A stretch of DNA of 56,698 bases from Andalucia godoyi And28 (Eukaryota; Protista; Jakobida): positions 366,628 through 423,325 of the forward strand of contig VRVR01000007.1 of assembly GCA_009859145.1 (NCBI GenBank). The letters are read 5' to 3'. Positions 51,625 to 56,698 of the stretch are shown here, one piece after another; position 1 is the stretch's first letter, and each line of letters starts with the position of its first letter. A model generated the notes under the pieces. It saw nothing but the letters and a program-made list of their open reading frames with translations, did not search any database and had not been told where the DNA came from. Made by a program: the position numbers and the translations under genes.

Positions 51625-51988
51625 TGTGTCTTTTTTTCTTTTTTTTTTCTCTTTGGTAATTTATTTTAATTCTCCTGCGTCTTTCTCTTCTTGTCCACGA
51701 AAGCCGGGGTGTTTTCTAGAGTCCATCACCCATCCCACCTTGTAATAAAAGAAAATATAAATATAAAAAAGATACAAGTGTTTTTACAAAATATATCGTG
51801 CCAAAAAAAAAAACAAAAAACAAAACAAAAACCAGCTGTTTTTTGTATTTATGGACCCCTATCTGTTTCGGAGAATTTGGGGCCTCCTCCGGTTTTCCCG
51901 TTCTTCGTCAGTGATGTTTTCCGTTTTTTCGTTTTCAGTGCCATATCTCCTCTTTTTGAAAGGAACACCCCAATATCAACGTCCAAGA

Positions 51989-52654
51989 ATGCGTTCACCG
52001 CGATATTGCGCTCTCCTCTTAGCGCTTGCCGTCTGCTGTTGTTTCTTCCGAACTGTACAGGCAGATCCTGTTCCCCCGGTATGGGATCCAAAGTTTTTTG
52101 TGATGGTGAATCAGACAATCACGTACGAGACGAACGTTTGGAAGAATACATTCGAGTTCTTCTACGACTCCATGTCTCAGCGCAGCTTGACAGTTCATGG
52201 GCAAGGACAGCATGATGAAGTGTGCAACGGCGTACCCTCCAAGAAAACATCCGACGAACCGTGCAAATTGCTGAATGCTGCGGATGGATGGCTTTACGTC
52301 ATCTTTCCAGAATCAAACTTGTGCTGCCAGTTTTGCAATGCTTCCGAGTATTGCACCATCATTTCTCCGACTTGGCTTAATGGTGCTGCGTACGTCGGAC
52401 AGAAGACAGTGGACGGCCATCTCTGCAACGGTTGGATGAAGAAGGGTGGCGAAGAGAACTACTACTTTGCAACTGCAGATGCTCGCCAGCTTCCCTGCGA
52501 ATACTACGAAGGATATCCAACTCTTGATGTCGGTAGCAATGTCTGGGCTTACGATCTGCGCACGTACGTTGCAGGAGCGTATATCTTTGATTCCGATGAG
52601 GTGTTTGCAGTTCCTTCTTCCATGAAATGCGATCAGTCTTGCAAGGGCGTATGA
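51989..52654 (+). CDS. Secreted ependymin-related (EPDR/LolA-fold-like) protein
   Basis: Signal peptide; PPVWDPKF..., FYD, CC, IISPTWLNGAAYVG...VDG..CNGW.K, YY...P. Confidence 0.65.
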   Translation: MRSPRYCALLLALAVCCCFFRTVQADPVPPVWDPKFFVMVNQTITYETNVWKNTFEFFYDSMSQRSLTVHGQGQHDEVCNGVPSKKTSDEPCKLLNAADGWLYVIFPESNLCCQFCNASEYCTIISPTWLNGAAYVGQKTVDGHLCNGWMKKGGEENYYFATADARQLPCEYYEGYPTLDVGSNVWAYDLRTYVAGAYIFDSDEVFAVPSSMKCDQSCKGV

Positions 52655-53137
52655 CTTGACAAAAGCAACAGCAACAGCAACAGCAACCATAACAACAGTA
52701 GTAGTAGCAGTAGTATTTTTGATTTCATGCTGGTCGTTTCGTATTTCGGAAGGTACTACTCTCCAACCCAAAACCTTTCCAAACATTTTGGCTCGCATGC
52801 TGCACCTCAGACAGATGATTTTGACGTAAAAAAAGTGACTTTTACAATCCGCATCAGCACCCATCCAATGAGTTCCCTTTTTGAGTGGGGCATCTGTGGG
52901 TCTACGCACCCCAAACAGAATCAGCCTATGTTTCGTTCAGAGCTCTCGAATTGATCAACTGGTGCATTCGTTAAAACCGTTTGGACCTTGGGAACCAGGA
53001 AAAAACTAGAGATTTCAACGAGCTTCTTTTTGTCATTCCACATTTTATCCACTTGTTCTTTCTCTCTCGATCTTTCATTCTCTGTTTTCAATCGAGCGAA
53101 TATTGCGCTGATTATGTTGGTTGACAATGTTATGCGC

Positions 53138-53245
<108 letters not shown>

Positions 53246-53338
53246 CCGCGGCGGAGGAATCATCGATTGCAAAGGGATGCGGTTCTCCACATTCGACAAG
53301 GCCTCGGCCTGCACACAGCCGTCCACCAACCGTTGAAT

Positions 53339-53716
53339 AATAACACGTCATTGTCATGCATATACGGAAGTATACATATGCAGACACGGTCAATACTGGC
53401 CGACACTAGCACGCTTGTTTCACAGGGAATTCGTGCTTCCGCACGCTCGGCCAAAATTCAGCCGGTGACACAGGCTCCGCATTTTCGACACTCTTAACGC
53501 AGCATCCGTAGCCATCTATTCTATCATTCGTTGGTTTGGTTTTATGGTTTCACTTTTGGCAGCGTTTGTTCCATAAGGCGACCGAGTATCGCGAGCGGCG
53601 GAAGCAAAATGTTTGCACGTCCCGCGTGTAGCTCACCGATTGATCGAGATTGGGAACGGAGCGCGGAACATCTATCTGAAGAACGCCGTGAGGCGTGTTG
53701 GGGCCTATCCCCTTCC
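53339..53716 (-). repeat. Dispersed repeat, copy B, inverted relative to copy A, with an 80-nt unique core
   Basis: See copy A. Flanked by a 20-nt near-tandem duplication at 53738-53777. Confidence 0.9.
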
Positions 53717-54019
53717 AGGCAACGGGATGAAAGATTGAATATGCATGTCTATTCATGAATATCCATGTCTATTCGCCATATTCACTGTATAATGTGGGTG
53801 TCTGGGTTGGAGTGAACCATAATTTTTTGGATGTTTCTTCAAAAAGGAAAAACTCTCGGTAACAAACTGTCGCAGTCATCAAAACAAAAACCAAAAAAAA
53901 AAACGAAGAAAGGGTAATGCGCACTCGCGAAGAATCTCAGTTTTATTCGCATTTAACACTTTTTTGCCCTTTCTTTTTGCTTTTGGCGCTTCGTGAGAGC
54001 TCAAAGCCGGGGAAATATA

Positions 54020-55045
54020 ATGACAAATTCAATAACTCCCAAGTTTTCATTCCTGCACATATCACCATTCACATCTCTTTTGTGGATTTCGTGTTTTGTT
54101 GTTCTGTACACCTGCACTGTCGTCTTCCAGCAACGATTATGCCCACTCGCGATGGAACAGCGAGTCTGCAGCGAGGGCTACGACTCGGACATCATGTCCG
54201 CCATTGCACTGTCCGTGTCACCGAGAGAACCCATTATGCGGGCTGTTGTCATTTCTGCTGCAGAAATTGATCACGCAGCGAAGAACCGCAAAGTCAGCTA
54301 TTTGTTTGCGACGTTTCATCCGCAACTGGATCAGATGGTGAGCACCGTCCAGCTTTCCACGGGCGGAAAGTTTGAGCACCACGTCCAAGATGCCGTTGTT
54401 TCACACTTGCGCCGCTACAAGAATGCAAATTCCGCTGCATACTGTGTCGACGCTGGCGCTAACATAGGGGCTGTGTCTCTTCGAATGGCCGCCGAAGACC
54501 TGTGCACAATCTATTCGTTTGAGATGCAGCCTGCAGTGGCCGCCAAACTCAAATTATCCATCGCATTGAATCATTGGCAAGAAAAAATTCATCTTGTGAA
54601 TGCCCCGATCTGTGCAGACATCACTCGCCAAGTTTGCTTCGCCGACATCACAGGACCGATGAATGTCGGAGGTCAGGCGGGGGAAGTCGCGGAACCAACG
54701 ACAATGAACCCGGATGAAAACAAGATATGCTTGTCTTGCCAGCGAGTGGACAGTGTGCTTCCTCGCGGACGAATTCGTTTGCTGAAAATCGATGTAGAGA
54801 GAATGGAAGGTGAGGTTCTGCTGTCTGCCAGCAATCTGTTCAAAGACGGACTTGTGGACGCGATTGTTGCCGAACTGAGGCCCAGCCAACTGGAGCTGTT
54901 TTCCTGGCTCTCTGCACGAGGCTTCGAAGTTTTCCGTTTGAATGGAGAGCAAGTTCATGATCCCCGACAGCACATGCACGGCTGGTCCAATGACAAGTTC
55001 GAAGACTTCTTCTTTCGGCACACCGGCATCGACTACTCTACGTAG
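54020..55045 (+). CDS. FkbM-family SAM-dependent methyltransferase with an N-terminal membrane anchor
   Basis: CVDAGANIG..SL, YSFEMQP, RLLKIDVE; hydrophobic segment LLWISCFVVLYTCTVVF. First ATG at 54020. Confidence 0.85.
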   Translation: MTNSITPKFSFLHISPFTSLLWISCFVVLYTCTVVFQQRLCPLAMEQRVCSEGYDSDIMSAIALSVSPREPIMRAVVISAAEIDHAAKNRKVSYLFATFHPQLDQMVSTVQLSTGGKFEHHVQDAVVSHLRRYKNANSAAYCVDAGANIGAVSLRMAAEDLCTIYSFEMQPAVAAKLKLSIALNHWQEKIHLVNAPICADITRQVCFADITGPMNVGGQAGEVAEPTTMNPDENKICLSCQRVDSVLPRGRIRLLKIDVERMEGEVLLSASNLFKDGLVDAIVAELRPSQLELFSWLSARGFEVFRLNGEQVHDPRQHMHGWSNDKFEDFFFRHTGIDYST

Positions 55046-55143
55046 TCGAGACGACGATTTTTTCATCTCTTTTTTTTTTTTTTTTTTTTGGCCCGACTGT
55101 TTTGCACGATAAATTGTATATCCTACTTTTCGATTGCACGTGC

Positions 55144-56550
55144 TCAGTTCCAGTTAGACCACAGGACTAGCTTCTCAAATTCTTCCAAGTCTGAATCTGA
55201 ATCGAAGGATCCAACACGATACCCTCCGTTCTTGCCATCAATGTGAATACTTAATCGATTTTCTCCCCCAAGGACGTCAGCACGCCGAAGCTTCACCGTC
55301 GGTTGATCCGAGAATCCCACAGCATACATTGCAGAATGATACCAATACGCACCATTCAAAAGAGTTGCTGAGGACGTTACATGCGCATCTGAAATGTCAA
55401 GCAGTTTCCGACGGTCGCACATCGCACACAGATGAAGCAAATGAGGTGTCCTCTTGCTACGTGCTGCTATGCAAACATACTTTCCTTCGCATTGCCGGGA
55501 TATGATGTCTGACGGCGTTGGATGGCTGAAAGACTGGCAGTATGCAACAATCCATCCGCGAGCAGTAAGGTGGTCAAGCGGCAAGTTTTTCTGAATTCCA
55601 CTGGGCAATGGCCCCAGTGAAGAGCCTGTATACATCCGTGAGAGGTTTGCAGCAAGCACAGGATCCCACACTCTTTTCTCCAGTCTTTTCTCGATTGACG
55701 GCGAAAGGACCTTTGACGTCAACACAAAATTCTTGATCTGATCGGGGGTCAGACATGGAAAACGTATCAATTCGCAAACATCGTCCAATGAGCGAACATT
55801 TTCCAAACACCAAAACTCCAAGGCCAGAAACACATCAATTTCCGGCACGCGAGCCACCATGACAGGGCTTGCCGCCCCAGAATCTGCTTGTGACGCACCC
55901 ACAGATGATTCAGTGCCTGCAGAGTCCACAGGTGTTCGGTCTTGAGAATCAAACGTTAGAGAAAGCCAGAATTTCAACTCGTCAAGAGTGAGGTTTTGAA
56001 CAAATTTCTTATCGAGCAGCATGCTTGCAGATTTCTGAGAAAGATATGCCTTGCATCGACATCGCAAAGACTGCTGGGATGGATCCTGGACAGACGGTTT
56101 GTCACGAGTGGCAACCTCGGATGCTGGTGCACCACTCGCATAGGAGTGCATCAAGATCGCGAGGACGTTGTCCGATGAAATGTACTCCGCCAGAAAAGCT
56201 TCGCAGTGTGCTTGTATAGCCGGAACAAGAAGAAATTCGGAACACATCAGGACATCACATACATTGGATCCATCCAGCATTGGCGCCTCGCCTGTGTAGA
56301 AAAATTCGATAATCTGTCGAATGGCAATTGCGGAGAACGGAATGGCATATACCGGAACACTGCAAGAACAACCATTCCAGACTGTTCGCTTTGCAGTGTC
56401 GTCGTCGTAAGGCAGCTGGAAAAGTGCGGCAAAATACTCGGACCCAATTGCAAGTACACACTTGTGTGCAAAGACCAGCGCGCCGTCTGACGTTGCCAAA
56501 CAAACGTCCTTGAAGGTGTGACTTTGAAAAAGCAAAGTCCCCAAAGACAT
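55144..56550 (-). CDS. BTB-BACK protein with an uncharacterised C-terminal domain
   Basis: FKDV...AHKCVLAIGSEYFAALF...IIEFFYTG...VCDVL..SEFL (BTB); BACK-like PEIDVFLALEFW..ELIRFP; C-terminal NGAYWY..VGFS..RLSIH..GGYRVG. Confidence 0.85.
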   Translation of the reverse strand: MSLGTLLFQSHTFKDVCLATSDGALVFAHKCVLAIGSEYFAALFQLPYDDDTAKRTVWNGCSCSVPVYAIPFSAIAIRQIIEFFYTGEAPMLDGSNVCDVLMCSEFLLVPAIQAHCEAFLAEYISSDNVLAILMHSYASGAPASEVATRDKPSVQDPSQQSLRCRCKAYLSQKSASMLLDKKFVQNLTLDELKFWLSLTFDSQDRTPVDSAGTESSVGASQADSGAASPVMVARVPEIDVFLALEFWCLENVRSLDDVCELIRFPCLTPDQIKNFVLTSKVLSPSIEKRLEKRVWDPVLAANLSRMYTGSSLGPLPSGIQKNLPLDHLTARGWIVAYCQSFSHPTPSDIISRQCEGKYVCIAARSKRTPHLLHLCAMCDRRKLLDISDAHVTSSATLLNGAYWYHSAMYAVGFSDQPTVKLRRADVLGGENRLSIHIDGKNGGYRVGSFDSDSDLEEFEKLVLWSNWN

Positions 56551-56698
56551 TGGACAGGACGTAGATGTCGCTCTGCAGTATGAGGTGCCTTTCTTTGTTA
56601 CTTTGCAGGATTAAAAAAAAAAACAATACAATGATTCGTCAAAAAATCCTAGCCCTATCGTACGTAAGAGTCCCAGTGTCGATCGAGACTTGGGTCGT

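Noticed and set aside
53669-53716. Hammerhead ribozyme (CTGAAGA followed by a GNRA-capped stem)
   Set aside because: The GAAA after stem II is absent (GTTG instead), and copy C has CGTAAGA. Not a canonical hammerhead.

Overview
Gene-dense, intron-poor nuclear DNA from a microbial eukaryote with aerobic mitochondria. The standard genetic code fits (TAA, TAG and TGA all end genes), coding regions are roughly 50-55% GC by eye, and the short spacers are AT-rich with many microsatellites. The organism cannot be named from the sequence. About 28 protein genes are supportable. Recognisable housekeeping genes are MED14, LSm4, PRIM1, mitochondrial aconitase, a Snf2/BRM-type remodeller, NDUFA9, NDUFAF8, NDUFA12, NEDD8, a STE11-type MAP3K, PABPN1, eRF3 and TFIIS. 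The most unusual item is a single polypeptide carrying a response-regulator receiver, a class I cyclic-nucleotide phosphodiesterase and a C-terminal HPt domain, which resembles the Dictyostelium RegA/RdeA pair fused into one protein. Other unusual items are: a signal-peptide plus GPI-type iota-carbonic-anhydrase-like protein; a bacterial-type double-domain SagB/ThcOx flavoprotein; a MacB/FtsX-like permease; a Snf2 with a gutted bromodomain; a CC1-box coiled coil ending in CaaX; and a structured dispersed repeat (three copies) with conserved ends around a variable core. No tRNA, rRNA, CRISPR array or transposase was recognised. All family calls come from motif recognition by eye; no database search was run.
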